Shown here piece by piece: positions 36,201 to 47,795 of a stretch of 64,000 bases of DNA. Numbering within the stretch: position 1 is the stretch's first letter; every line of letters begins with the position of its first letter. This DNA is from Octopus vulgaris (lineage: Eukaryota), in contig OX597819.1 in the NCBI GenBank assembly GCA_951406725.2, positions 128,588,001 through 128,652,000 of the forward strand, written 5' to 3'. A program made the translations under genes and the position numbers. The notes under the pieces were generated by a model, which ran no database searches, was not told the origin of the DNA, and saw nothing but the letters and a program-made list of their open reading frames with translations.

Positions 36201-38777
36201 GTTTGGCAAGGTTTTATGTTGGGGACAGGCTGCGGGGCCTCGTAACCCATCAGCTTGTAGGACCACTGTAACGAACTTCCTCTTTATGTATTGTTGTTGA
36301 GCACAAGTTAGCCTGGTGAAGTTTTACACTTCCTGGGAGGATCTGGCAAAATACTCAGTAAACTGTAAATAATGCGCAGGAGTGGCTGTGTGGTAAGTAA
36401 CTTGTTTACCAACCTCATGGTTCCGGGTTCAATCCCACTGCGTGGCACCTTGGGCAAGTGTCTTCTACTATAGCCTCGGGCCGACCAAAGCCTTGTGAGT
36501 GGATTTGGTAGACGGAAACTGAAAGAAGCCCGTTGTATATATGTATATATATATATGCGTGTGTGTGTTTGTGTGTCTGTGTTTGTCCCCCTAGCATTGC
36601 TTGACAACCGATGCTGGTGTGTTTATGTCCCCGTTACTTAGCGGTTTGGCAAAAAGAGACCGATAGAATAAGTACTGGGCTTACAAAAGAATAAGTCCCG
36701 GGGTCGATTTACTCGATGAAAGGTGGTGCTCCAGCATGGCCACAGTCAAATGACTGAAACAAGTAGAAGAGTAAAAGAGAATGCTTATGGTGCTTCACCT
36801 GCTTATTATAGCTATGAGGTTCTTATATATTTACAGTTTATTTGGCCACTATGAGTTGCCACACTGCTAATAAGATATACATCTGCCAAGCTTTCTTTCA
36901 GGTGCTAGCTCAACCTGCCGTGACTTTAAACATTCTTATAAAATTGAGTTTAAATTACTCTTAGAGTATGAAAAAATAATTATAAAATTAGTGTTAACAT
37001 TTAATGTATATTTTTTCTTTTTAATTTTCTAATTGCTTAAGTTGGAGGGATCTTTTGCAGGATTTCTAACACTGTAGCGAAGAAAGAAAGTAGCTAACCT
37101 AAAGACCCAACCAGAATGTTAGTTAATTGTCAGATTCTAGTTCCAGTATTTTCCTTTTTGACCCCTCATTGCATAATTTTTTCGTGTTAGCTTTTTCATG
37201 CTTCCTGCAATAAATATGTTAAAACTGTTATCTATTCTTTTTTTCATGTAAATGGCATCAAAGTAAGTTAACTTGTCAGTCGAGTTGTTTGAGTAAAGCT
37301 GAGTTATGTACCTTGCCAGACATTTCATCATTCCTGGCTGTCAAAAGAGCTCCTGTGTGTTTGATTTCCCTTCAAAACTAAATACATAATAGATATGACA
37401 CTATCTGTTTGTTTATCCTTAATCTACAGTTATTACCCTAGTAATTAATAAATGTTTGAGCCCATTGGCCCCACAACTAATAGTGCTGCACTTTAATCTC
37501 ACAATTATTGTCCCAGTGTATTAAACCTTAATGAACTGGTTTGGATTGATTAGCAATAACATTTAGTTTATGAAATTTATACTAATTTCTCACATTGGTT
37601 GAGTGGTTGTATATATGACCACAGGTTTATTTGTAAGTGGAGGAATTTCGTTAATTTGAATGCCCATAAATATTTTTTCTGGTACAAATTTAATCAGCCC
37701 TGGAAAGATGAAAGAATGATATGAGATGATTTGTTAGAATAATTTGAATTTAAAATATAGAAGGTTTGATTCTAAATACTACTGCCCCGGAATTTGATGA
37801 AATAATGTTTTATTTACTTAAACTCAAGTCAATGAAAGAGTTGCTATGTGGTTGCTCATGTTGCTAAACATTGTAGTTAAATCTCCCTCTTATAACACCC
37901 TAATTGTTTTATAAAAAAGATCTTGGCTGGAATACCTATAATTACAATTTTTTTTTTGTCTTTCATTAGTGTTATTTCCTGTTTACTTCTATCTAGAAAT
38001 CAAAGGAAATGACTACTATTCCCTTCAGACTTTGCTTTTGTGACCTGGACATCAATGTTTTGAAACTGACCTATTTTCCATTACATTTCAGACATATTCA
38101 GCATTGAATTGCTGAAGAAGAAATATCATTATAGCAAATATTCTGCTCAGCACCATAGATTTGCTTGACAGTTGCTTGACCTTATCCACTTGAGCATGTC
38201 CCTTAGTGGCTGACAATATGTGCATCTCTGACCACGAGCAAAAGTCGTTGGGGAGCATCATAACCATGTGTTGAGAGGGATTCTTTGGGGTTGAATAAAT
38301 GTAAGAAAAGCAAAGTTTGAAGGAAATATTAGTAATTTTTCATACTCCCTAGGGGTAAGCAAATAGGAAATATCAGTTGTTACCCAAGGACAGAAATTGA
38401 TTATGGTTGACCAGGGGTTAATTAAGTCAATTTTACTATTAATCCTTTAGTGTTCTTAAACACTACTGGAAATATATAAGAAGTTATGGCTATAATAACT
38501 ATTTGTTTGATGTAGTTCTAAGGTGTGAACAAGTTGTAGCTTAGATTTTGTAAGCTTCAAACATTAAACTGTGAAAAATACTCATTCACAATTTATTTCT
38601 TTGTAACTAATTTCTGTATTTTACTTATATATTTTTTTCTCCTTTTTTTTTTTGTCTTATTCAGATTGTTCTAAGGAAAGTGAACTTGATCGAAAAATTC
38701 AACGTATTCAAGAAATGAATGCTGCCATTTTAAAGCGACAACAAGAAGTGTTGAAAGATAAAGAGCAGTATGGTTGA
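16036..38777 (+). CDS. Spliced gene, 6 visible coding exons, 690 aa + stop, N-terminus missing; uncharacterised Ser/Asp/Lys/Arg-rich protein with CCDC9-like C-terminal helix
   Basis: Exon lengths 54+147+310+1299+150+113=2073 nt. All junctions are GT-AG with polypyrimidine tracts and compatible phases (0,0,1,1,1). No internal stop; ends TGA 38775-38777. Confidence 0.9.
17590..17985 (-). mobile_element. RTE LINE 5'UTR / ORF-start fragment
   Basis: CpG-rich island; minus strand has GCTATGCCG...GTAGGGCCACCCAAGGCGG, resembling the BovB/Expander 5' motif; frame ends ...RVNIAT. Confidence 0.6.
18511..18730 (+). mobile_element. tRNA-derived Meta-domain SINE; representative copy (also ~45133-45535+, 49000-49925- x4, 52660-52860-, 54498-54730+, 54924-55147+, 56487-56722+, 57097-57372-, 60183-60411-, 63725-63955+)
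   Basis: GGCGGCGAGCTGGCAGAA head, GAGTTCAAATTCC B-box, GCCTTTCATCCTTTCGGGGTCGAT..AAGTACC domain. Confidence 0.85.
19228..19374 (+). CDS. Coding exon B: RTKDVPACDQ...DDDLLALREAALKSKGRTATVDPVDK
   Basis: Acceptor ctttcAG, donor GTAAGT, 49 open codons. Confidence 0.9.
19437..19711 (-). mobile_element. Internally deleted Helitron, same family as 12173-12548
   Basis: Reverse-complement match to 12173-12548 with the same termini; about 100 bp missing internally. Confidence 0.8.
20493..20857. repeat. Minisatellite, ~60-bp unit x6, inside a (GAT)-tailed element
   Basis: Six units ggtgc..tacgtgccacc..ggctggcaayggccacgaacggat. Confidence 0.9.
21462..21771 (+). CDS. Coding exon C: AKDIFLKQKH...RHLIVIP...ESCLVKK
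   Basis: Acceptor tattccAG, donor GTAAGA, ends phase 1; inside ORF 21390-22052. Confidence 0.9.
23640..24860 (-). mobile_element. Degraded RTE LINE RT C-terminal region, split by a (GAT)-tailed element
   Basis: Minus strand reads IRIGWRKFRELLPL..KGRLYNAC..SEMWAL..RRLHWFAH, then continues in 23640-23830. Confidence 0.75.
25912..26090 (+). mobile_element. RTE LINE RT-region fragment
   Basis: KLEVVDSFRYLGDQI/WAKFRELLPLLVTKGLSLRVKGRLYD..HGSETWA. Confidence 0.8.
26092..26510 (+). mobile_element. RTE-type 5'UTR fragment
   Basis: accttgtcgcggtg...gagatatgc...ggccagacaggtcgaagggtaggaggcagac resembles the conserved RTE 5' motif. Confidence 0.55.
26972..27335 (-). mobile_element. RTE endonuclease-end fragment fused directly to a (GAT)n tail
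   Basis: QVDYILARKRDRW..GEECTPQHRLVVSDF..WKLKD..VEDNW followed by the family tail. Confidence 0.75.
27730..29028 (+). CDS. Coding exon D (1299 nt): KVGKFSRYDADEDSESDES...PVVNITFNS; acidic then RS/K-rich
   Basis: Acceptor ctttttcAG, donor GTTAGT; in frame with the 403-aa ORF 27822-29033. Confidence 0.93.
29081..29481 (-). mobile_element. Non-autonomous Helitron
   Basis: Minus strand: A|TCTTTATATATAAAAG start, cccgagcaacgccggg hairpin, CTAG|T end; homologous to 10507-10740. Confidence 0.85.
29899..30192. repeat. Near-perfect ~250-bp palindrome: two RTE 3' ends tail-to-tail, inserted in the (TA)n of a SINE
   Basis: Arms 29899-30024 and 30026-30148 with a 1-nt centre (A30025); arm encodes LNMARDRAGW. 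Confidence 0.85.
33845..34007. repeat. Head-to-head inverted pair of (GAT)-family 3' ends
   Basis: 45-bp arms 33845-33889 and 33936-33980 with one mismatch. Confidence 0.85.
34097..34246 (+). CDS. Coding exon E: SHTFQQKDSVEDRLSAHQRLGVV...KKTKI
   Basis: Acceptor ttttttccAG, donor GTAAAG, phase 1/1, open frame. Confidence 0.88.
35892..36140 (-). mobile_element. tRNA-derived SINE (related partial copy ~50590-50865)
   Basis: Minus strand TGGCTTAGTGG / GTTTCGATTCC boxes and GTGTTCTTGAGCAAAACACTT motif. Confidence 0.7.
38665..38777 (+). CDS. Terminal coding exon F: DCSKESELDRKIQRIQEMNAAILKRQQEVLKDKEQYG*
   Basis: Long poly-T tract then ttcAG; phase 1 matches exon E; TGA at 38775. Confidence 0.9.
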
Positions 38778-40960
38778 ATGTGTGGATCATGGATTACTGG
38801 ATTAGTAAAAAAAAAAAAGAAAATATGTAAAGATGATGAACAAAGAATACAGACTTAACTGAGAGTGATAAAAATAACCTGAATAACTTGTTTAAGCAAT
38901 ACAGTTAACTAAGTTCTATTCTTTGAGATTATTTACTGTTTTTCCTCTAGGTGACCAACATGTCGGTAATGTTTGCTTAGCATCTGAGGAAAGGACTTGA
39001 CTATGTATAATCTCTCTCTATCTTCTTGCTGACCCCCCCCCTCTTTCCTTTAATCTCTCTTCTTTCTCTCCCTCTCTCTCTACTCTCCCCCTTTCTCTCT
39101 CTTTTAATTTATTCAGGTTACTTGACTGAAGCGAAACTCTTAAGTTTCTGAATATGTAACTTATATTTCTGGAATAAATTCTTGGGCAGAAAAAGAATAT
39201 CTCAGTTCTGAAAAAAAAAAAAAAAAAGAAAAAAAAAGTTAAAATAAAGCAATGATTGTTTTTTTAATTGAGATGTCTCTCTTACCCATTACATTGCTAA
39301 AGTTTAAATAGGTGCCTGTTTATCAACAGTAAGAGAAATGTTCTGTGGTATTTAGTTTTACTTATAGACCGACTTAGTTATCGTTTGAAGAAGGTGAGGT
39401 AATCAAAAGAGTGTTTAGCATCCTGTAAGATCAAGAATATTGTGCTGAGTATTAATTAATGCCTTAAAATTAAATTAAAATGTTTGCAATTTATAGATTT
39501 CAATCCTGAAGCTTTCACTTGCATTTACGAACTGCCTCTCAACAGGTTCCTAGTCACTCTTCTCTTTTAGTCATCTTCATAAAACATCAGAATGCATTTT
39601 CAAAACAAATGCAGACAGGAAACAACTTTGTAAGAATGTTATTGACAACGCTGAAAATTTAACAATAAAAATGTGTGTATGTGTGTACATATATAAGAAA
39701 TAAAATATTTTTTAATCTATTTTTTTATGAAGTGCTGGATGTGAAATGTGATATATATATATCTATATATTTACATATATATTTTTAAGCATTAGATATT
39801 CATGAGTTAGTTTTATTTCAAAAGGATTTATATTGTATTCATGCTTTGATTTTTTTTTTTTTTTATTTGTTATTGGCCGTTTGTCAATTTTTGCTGAGCT
39901 AATTTTTCAATTTCATTGAATTATTTGCTTCGTCAAACCACAATAAAAAAAATGATTATTCAAAATTCAAAGGAATATATTGATGTACTATAAGCCTTTT
40001 AATTTTGTGCTTGAATCTCTCTCACACACTCACACATAAATATCTGAAAAGTTGGAGTGTATGAACATTTGTTATTTTGTATATATATATATATATATAA
40101 GCATGCTGTTGTGTTGAGAAGAGTATGTTTATTTTGTAAAATGAATCTGTTAATATTTAGATTAGTGTGGGGTTAAATTTTCTGTATTATGATTGTTGTA
40201 ATTATGAAATCATTTTCATTAGCATTTTTATCAAATAATAGCATTTTCTGTCATATGTATCTATCTCAATCATCATCATCATTTGTATGAATGTGTGTGT
40301 GGTAGTGAATGGACATTTGCAGACTCTTCTAACCCATGCTGGTGTGAAATCTAGTCATATTTTCCTAGAATTGTTTTAAAGTTCAAATATTAAAATCAAA
40401 ACAGTGCAAGTATTTTTGCTTTTAAGAAGGAAATTTAAATTAGGTAGCATTTTCGATTTCATTTATTGTTGTGATTAGTACCAGACTGAACAAACCTTCG
40501 ATTAAAGGGATTGCAGCCATGATTTTTTAGGGGATAATTTGAGGGAGATTTAGCTGCTATTTCTCACAAGTTGATAGACCACACAATCACTAGTTTCTGT
40601 ATGTAGATCTGTGTGTGATGTATGTATTTGTGTGCATTGTCTAAAGTAAGCCAAATGTTGAAAATTGTTAAATCAGTGAGCAAATTAATTAAGTGCTGTT
40701 GTTAATTTTGAAGATATTACAAGTTTTATAGAACAAGAATTTGTAAGACAAATTTTAATCCTCATTTGTAGCCTAATCACTTCATTTTATTTTAATGATG
40801 CAATTTTTAATCTTGTATATCTTTCGATCATACATGTAGATTTGGTTGAATTTTTACATTTCATAAAATATTTTTCTTGTTTCTTTTATATAACAGATTG
40901 ATATATAATTATTTTGCTGTACATATTTGTTTCTCTTCATTATTGTTCTTGTTGCTATTA
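38778..40960 (+). other. Probable 3' UTR (may extend to the AATAAA cluster near 43900-43960)
   Basis: SINE-free U-rich stretch after the stop with several AATAAA (e.g. 39173, 39243, 39664, 39942). Confidence 0.55.
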
Positions 40961-40984
40961 TCATTATTATTATTCTGTTGTTAT

Positions 40985-41440
40985 TGTTATTATTCCTTTT
41001 GTATTTCCTGTTTTATATATTGTAGGACCAGGTCCACCCTATGGACCTGAGGTACTATAGAAAAAATGTCTCTTGAATGACAACCCTCTCTGTAGTGTGT
41101 GAACTGCTCCAGGTTGTTTGATCTGTGTTGATGTTGATTTTTGCCAGCGATTCTGTTGCTGAACTTTTCCATTCTCTTCTTCGTGAGTCCTAGTCCTCTT
41201 TGTGACCTGATATTATTTTGGTCTTCATATTCCACATCTTTTTGATTTGATCTCCAGTCATTTCTATTCGATCACTGTCTCTGACTCCCATGGGGGTGTT
41301 TCTTTCAGAAAGTATTGCACTGTTGACAAATTATAAATATTCTATCCCGTGGCTTTTTGGCTTTTTTCTTTCTGCCAATGTGGATGAGCGTATCCCAGAG
41401 GATGCTGACAACATTGTCATCACTGACCATGTTTAGTTTA
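40985..41440 (-). mobile_element. Degraded R4/Dong-like retrotransposon 3' end
   Basis: Minus strand ILWD..IH..R...IKKMWNMKTKII; TAA-rich tail. Confidence 0.55.
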
Positions 41441-44025
41441 TGATCTCACCAATTTTTATTATTTATAATATTTGTTTTTACTTACTTAATTTGAGTATGC
41501 AGGCATGGCACTGTGGTTAAGAAGTTTGATTCTCTGTCACACATGACTTTGAATTCAGTTCTACAATATGGCACCCTGGGCAAGTGTCTTCTACTATAGT
41601 CTCAGGCAGACCAAAGCCCCATGAATAGATTAAGTAGGCGAAAACTGGAAAAAGTTTGTCATATCTGTCTGTGTGTCTGTACACTTGCATTAGTGTGTGC
41701 TTTCATTTATTGTGCTTGCTTCTAAAAAGTTGCTATCTGTAATTGGTAATGATGTTGTCACCAATTCTATCAACAAATTGTCCATTTGCATCATATCTTC
41801 AAAGCAAAGTGGGATAAGTGATCTCTTCCTTAAAAAACAAGTAAGGATTAGCAACAGAAAGGGCTGCCAAACACCTCAGTGACATATTTGTCTAACCCAT
41901 GCTATCATGGAAAAACAGACATAAACATTGTGTGTACTTATTTATTTGTATTCTCAAGGTCATTCAAACAATTTTGGTATCAGTAGTTGTGACAGTAATA
42001 ATAGTATGATTTACTTACTGTTTCACTTCCCTTGCTGGCTCCTGTTCTCCTGATTTTGTACTACCCTTTGCCAATTAGGGCCAACCTTCAACAGTTATTC
42101 TATGCATTGTTAGCACGGGCCTGCAATTTCTGAATAACATTGAAACTTACTTTGGCATTGGGCTTGTGAAATCTATATCGAAGCAAAATCTTGTTCCTGT
42201 GCAAATATTATCTCTTGTTTATCTTGCATTTGTCATTTCTGATCTTTCTCTTCTTTTTATCTGAATCTTAATTTTATTGTTAGGATTTCTGAAGGTTAAT
42301 GGATCTGTTTTTTTCATTTTATAAAATATTTATGTGAAAGTAATGTGGTTAGAAAAAGAAAGTTTTTCTATGCAATGTAAAAGTGAAGGATGTTCCTGTG
42401 ATTGCGTTATGATGCATTTATCTAAACTATCTTATAGGTTTCCCTGTGATCTAAATTAGAATAAACAAAATAATCTACCTTATTTCAGAATAGTCTGTTT
42501 CAGTATTTAGGGACAAAAACAAATCAAACTATATCGAAATGAAAATCTCAATTCAATTTAATAGGTTATTTTTTATTTACATTTTGGTGTCTAATTAAAT
42601 GGGTTTCATTATGTAAATTGAATTTATTCAAAGCTTCTTCTCTGTTATTACTCATCATCATCATCATTTAACGTCCGCTTTCCATGCTAGCATGGGTTGG
42701 ACGATTTGACTGAGGTCTGGCGAACCAGACTCCAATCTGATCTGGCAGTTTCTACCGCTGGATGCCCTTCCTAATGCCAACCACTCCAAGAGTGTAGTGG
42801 GTGCTTTTATGTACCAACCGGCACGAAGGGCCAGTTTGGTGGTACTGGCAACAGCCACGCCCAAATGGTGCTTTTTACGTGCCACCTGCACAGGAGCCAG
42901 TCCAGCGGCACTGGTGACGACCTCACTCGAATGTTTCACGTGCCACATCAGTTTGCATTATATTATTAATTTGCCTTTCAAATGTATCAAATAGTTTTGA
43001 ACCAACAGTGGATCTTTACCACCTGGTCCTGGTAAATGGTCATGGGCACTGCTTTTATCCCTATTTAAAAGATTAAAAAAAAAAAAAAAGAAAACCTTAC
43101 TTGCAAGAAATAGCAACCATATCACTCCCAAATTACGCCCTGCTGTTTTAGAAAAGGTTGGACCCTGGATATATGATCTCTGAAAACAAGACAGTATAGT
43201 CATGGCTTTAATCATAGATTTATCTGCTCAGACCTAAACAGTATCAGACAATCTAAAGACTAGAATTCGATTGTAGGTCATGGTCTCTATTTTATCTCTT
43301 CTCTATTTGTGATGCCAAATGCTTTTATTGTTTTTTTTAGAGAGAGTCTCCGAATAGTTAGGGGACTTTGTTTCCTTGTTTTGGTTTTTTTTCCTTTTGG
43401 TATAAATTGGTTTTTTAATCAGTATTTTCTTCTTTCATTCCTTAATTGTCCACGAAGGATGTTAAATCTGCACAAAAGGAATAGTGAAGTGTCAAATGTT
43501 ATGAATTAAGGTATTTTATAAGTATTTAGTTTTAAGTTTAATTTAAAGGAAAAGTGTTGGTCATGAAAGGATTATTTTGTTTAGCCACCAACCCTACTGA
43601 GTTTCATTTACCATGTAAAAGTGAGATTAGCTGTAAATGTTGTTTATAAAACAAGGACTTAATGGTTTAGGGGGACCTCAAAAGCCTACCAGTTTGCATT
43701 GGGTCCATTATATTGCTCTCACCACCTTGTTTCATTTCCATTTATCACAGATATCATTTATTTGAAACTAAATTTACATTAGTTTTACATTTTACATCCA
43801 TTTGGTTTTATTTTTTTTTTGTCAGAAGAAATGGAAAAAAGTGGGGGAAAAGAATAAAGATTGATCTCATTTTTTTGGTTTCCTCATTGATTTTTTAAAA
43901 AATAAATATGTATATAATTGATAATTTCTTTTTACAGGAATAAAAGAAGAAAATAAAATCCTATTTTTGTACATAAAGTGTTTTCTTATTATTCCTACCT
44001 TGCTGTGCACGCTTGTTTTATCATC

Positions 44026-44694
44026 TTGACCTCTTAGCATTCAGATTGCTCTGTTGAGTGTAACGTTTATTCACATTCTTTTGAATTAATCACAATTTAT
44101 CTTGTAGATTTGAAATTTCAATGTTATTGTTTATTTTTAGAATATCAGTTATGTGTTGTTCTAATGTGATTAGAACTTCTATTTTTATAAGGCAGTCTTC
44201 AAACTTGCCTACATGGCTTGGGGCATCTGGAGGGCGATATGTAGCACACACAAATACACCAAGTTGCCTTATATGTACAATTAGTGTGTCACACACCGAG
44301 TTTGAGTATGACAAAAGGACCTGGGGTGTGAGGTCCTCACGGATGTACATAGCAACTCCTCCATGACTCCTTTCTTTTCTGTCGGTCCGTAGTACAACAT
44401 ACTGTGGTATGTGTAATTCCGCATCTGCTATGTCCGGTTTCAGGTGTGTTTCCGTAAGTGCTATGCATAAGGCTTGATTGCATGCAACAAAGTCTCTCAA
44501 GAACGGGATTTTTGTCCTGTTACTGAGTGTTAGCAGTCCTCTGATGTTCAGTAGGAGCATCGAGGTGAGGTGTATGCTGTTGCCGGCGGTGTCCACCTTG
44601 GGTCTATTTGAATTCAGTTCTACAATTTATACCAGCTTGAACATAAAACAGAATATTTGGGCCAGATGTGACTTGTTCAAACACTAAAGATTAA
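44026..44694. mobile_element. piggyBac-type MITE interrupted by a LINE fragment
   Basis: Ends ttgacctcttagcattcag and aacactaaagaTTAA; similarity to 11661-11880 on both sides of the insert. Confidence 0.55.
44170..44600 (-). pseudogene. LINE (CR1/Jockey-like) APE endonuclease N-terminal fragment
   Basis: LLNIRGL...IALTETHL...RTDR..RSHGGVAMYI...YRPP motifs; frame is open. Confidence 0.9.
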
Positions 44695-46499
44695 TGCTCC
44701 TGTTAAGTTTTACTAGACAAATGAGAATGCAGATGTGATAGCTGAAATGCTCTGATTACCAATAAGAGAGACCCTTCCTTTATTAATTAATCTCTTTTTT
44801 TTTTTTTATTCAGTCTTAAATAACTGAGAATTTTTCAGGCTAGAATTCTACTGTTTCTGGTTAATTTTCATGAGGGATACTAGTATAGAGAGTTTCTACA
44901 TCAGATGACTCAATAATAGGGTTTCTGTTAATGTAGCCTTAATCTTTGGCAGAATTTACGTTCATACAGTCGTATGACCCAAATGTGTAGATGCCAGGAG
45001 AACTAATCAAATTTAAAACTTGACCTTGTGACCATGGTCAACAAATCAGACTGTAATTAGTGCTATAATTGTGCTATAATCTTTCCTCCCGCCAAAAAGT
45101 GTGAATTTTCAAACTGTGGTCATAGGGAAGATGGTTGCGGCGAGCTGGCAGAATCGTTAGCACGCCGGGCGAAATGCGTAGCTGTATTTCGTCTGCTGCT
45201 ACATTCTGAGTTCAAATTCCGCCGAGGTCGATTTTGCCTTTCATCCTTTTGGGGTCGATAAATTAAGTACTAGTTACACACTGGGATCAATGTAATCGAC
45301 TTAATCCATTTGTCCTTGTTTGTCCCCTCTGTGTTTATCCCCTTGTGGGTAGTAAAGAAATAGGTATTTCGTCTGCAGTTACATTCTGAGTTCAAATTCC
45401 GCCGAGGTCAGCTTTGCCTTTCATCCTTTTGGGGTCGATGAATTAAGTACCAGTTACGCACTGGGATCGATATAATTGACTTAATCTGTCTATCCTCTCT
45501 GTGTTTAATCCATTGTGGGTAGCAAAGAAATAGGTAGTGGCATAGCTCCAGCCCATCAACCTCACACTACTTGGAAAACTATGAAATTGTGAGACTGGTT
45601 AAATCTTAAAGATTCCAAGTGTATTTTCAACATTTTTTTATATATCTTGGTTCAAATTTTAGCACAAGGCCAGCAATTTAAGGGGAGGCGGTTAGTCAAT
45701 TACATTGATCCTGGTGCTCAACTGGTCCTTATTTTACCAAACCAGAAAGGCTGAAAAGCAGTGAACTTCAGTAGAATTTGCTCTCGGAATGTAGAGTTGG
45801 AAGAAATGCTGTTGAGCATTTTGGCTAACACTGAAGTAGTTTTGCCAGCCCATTGCTTTTATAATTCACGAGACTTTACTCCCTAGAATCACTTGAAACC
45901 ATCATGGAGTAAGATGTACAAACAATTGTGGTGTACCAAAGATGCAGATGTGTTGCCTTGGGTGACTTGTCAGAAGGTAGCTTGTCTTTTATTTGCCATA
46001 TTGCTGCTTATTTGTATAACAATCCATTTTAGTAGTTGTGGTATGCTGCACATCTATACAAAGAACTGATATTCAATGAAGAATCCATCTCTTATAAATA
46101 ATCAGGTAGCCAAATACGGTGAACAGGCACTACCAAGTGTATACACCATTGTTTAGCGTCCACTTCCATGCTGGCATGGGTTGGATGCTGAATGTAAATT
46201 CTTGTGTATATATCATCATCATCATTGTTTAACGTCCGTTTTCCATGCTAGCATGGGTTGGACGGTTCGACCGGGGTCTGGGAAGCCAGGAGGCTGCACC
46301 AAGCTCCAGTTGATTTGGCAGTGTTTCTACAGCTGGATGCCCTTCCTAATGCCAACCACTCCGTAAGTGTAGTTGGTGCTTTTTACGTGCCACTGGCACA
46401 GATGCCAGGGGAGGCTGGCAACGGCCATGATCGGTTGGTGCTTTTTACGTGCCACTGGTATGGAAGCCAGTCAAGATAAAACTTGGAAAAGGATGCGTA

Positions 46500-47105
46500 G
46501 CGTTCAACTATATAATAATATAAATATATGCATATATACATAGATATATGTACATACCTACATATGTATGTATATATATATACATGCATATATAGGTACA
46601 GGACATAAAAAAACGCTGAACACAATGAGAAACAAAAACATAGAAATGAACTTTTTTTGGAACTATGAAAAAACAAACAGAGAAGCGAGACATGCAACAT
46701 AAAGAATATTCCCCTTCTTCAGTTGTCCCTGTTTCGTCTACTCCATGTTCTGAACGTAAGGACAAGATGCGACTTCGTTGAAGCAGTCCTTCCCACAAAG
46801 CAAATTTTTAAAAATTTAGAATTTTTTGTGGAGGGTGAAAGTGGTAACAAGAACAGGACAGTGAGAACAAAACAGTAAAAGCAAATGGTGAGGGCTATTC
46901 TTTATGTTTGCATGTCTTGTTTCTCTGTTTGTTTTTTTTCGTTGTTCCCCCCCCAAAAGTTTGTTTCTATGTTTTTGTTTTTATGTTTGCGTTTCTCATT
47001 GTGTTCAACGTTTTTTTATGTCCTGTACCCATATATGCCTGTATATATACATATATATGTATGTATATATGCATATATCTATATATTATTTATACGATCG
47101 AATGC
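46500..47105. mobile_element. Foldback/MITE-like element with ~200-bp imperfect TIRs
   Basis: 46510-46714 is the approximate reverse complement of 46890-47093. Confidence 0.7.
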
Positions 47106-47434
47106 CACTCAGTTATATACGCCATTAAGTTATACATACATACATACATACGTACGTACGTATGTATGTATATATATTGTAGGATGGTAGAGTTAGCAGC
47201 TGGAATAACCATCTAAGGGATAAAAGTACCCTTTATACTACCGGTATAATTACCTATGTTAACCCTGGACATGCATATGCAAGCATATTATGCTCACAGA
47301 TTACAGGTAATGACAAAGATAAACACGAGTTATCAGGGTTCAAATTTAAAGTAAACAGAAAATGGAGAAATATTGACCAGCAACAATTGACTTACATTAA
47401 TTATTATTTTTTAATTAAATACAAATAGACTCTA

Positions 47435-47557
47435 TCCCATCTAACAGCTGTTTCTGCCTCCAATATTATATTGTATTGCCATTGATATTCTAAAAACAAA
47501 ATTCAAAATTGCTAATAAATCCGATCAGGAACACGGAGCTTCCTCAGAGTGATGAAA
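47435..47557 (-). ncRNA. Candidate minimal type I hammerhead ribozyme (Penelope-like)
   Basis: Minus strand CUGAGGA (47547-47541) ... GAAA (47454-47451) C-AGCU-G-UU; stems I and II imperfect. Confidence 0.4.
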
Positions 47558-47763
47558 AATAAAGAAAAGAAGAAGAGCCTCGAGAGGAAGAGGAAAGGCT
47601 TAACATGTTTAAATCCTACCATTTTACTGATGTGTCTTATATTTTACTTATATATATTACATAATACATAAGCAAATACAATACAGAACATAAATACATG
47701 AATTGCCACAAAACATTTTAGCCAATGTGCTTACAATTCTGCTAGTTTGCCACTTTTATTATA

Positions 47764-47795
<32 letters not shown>

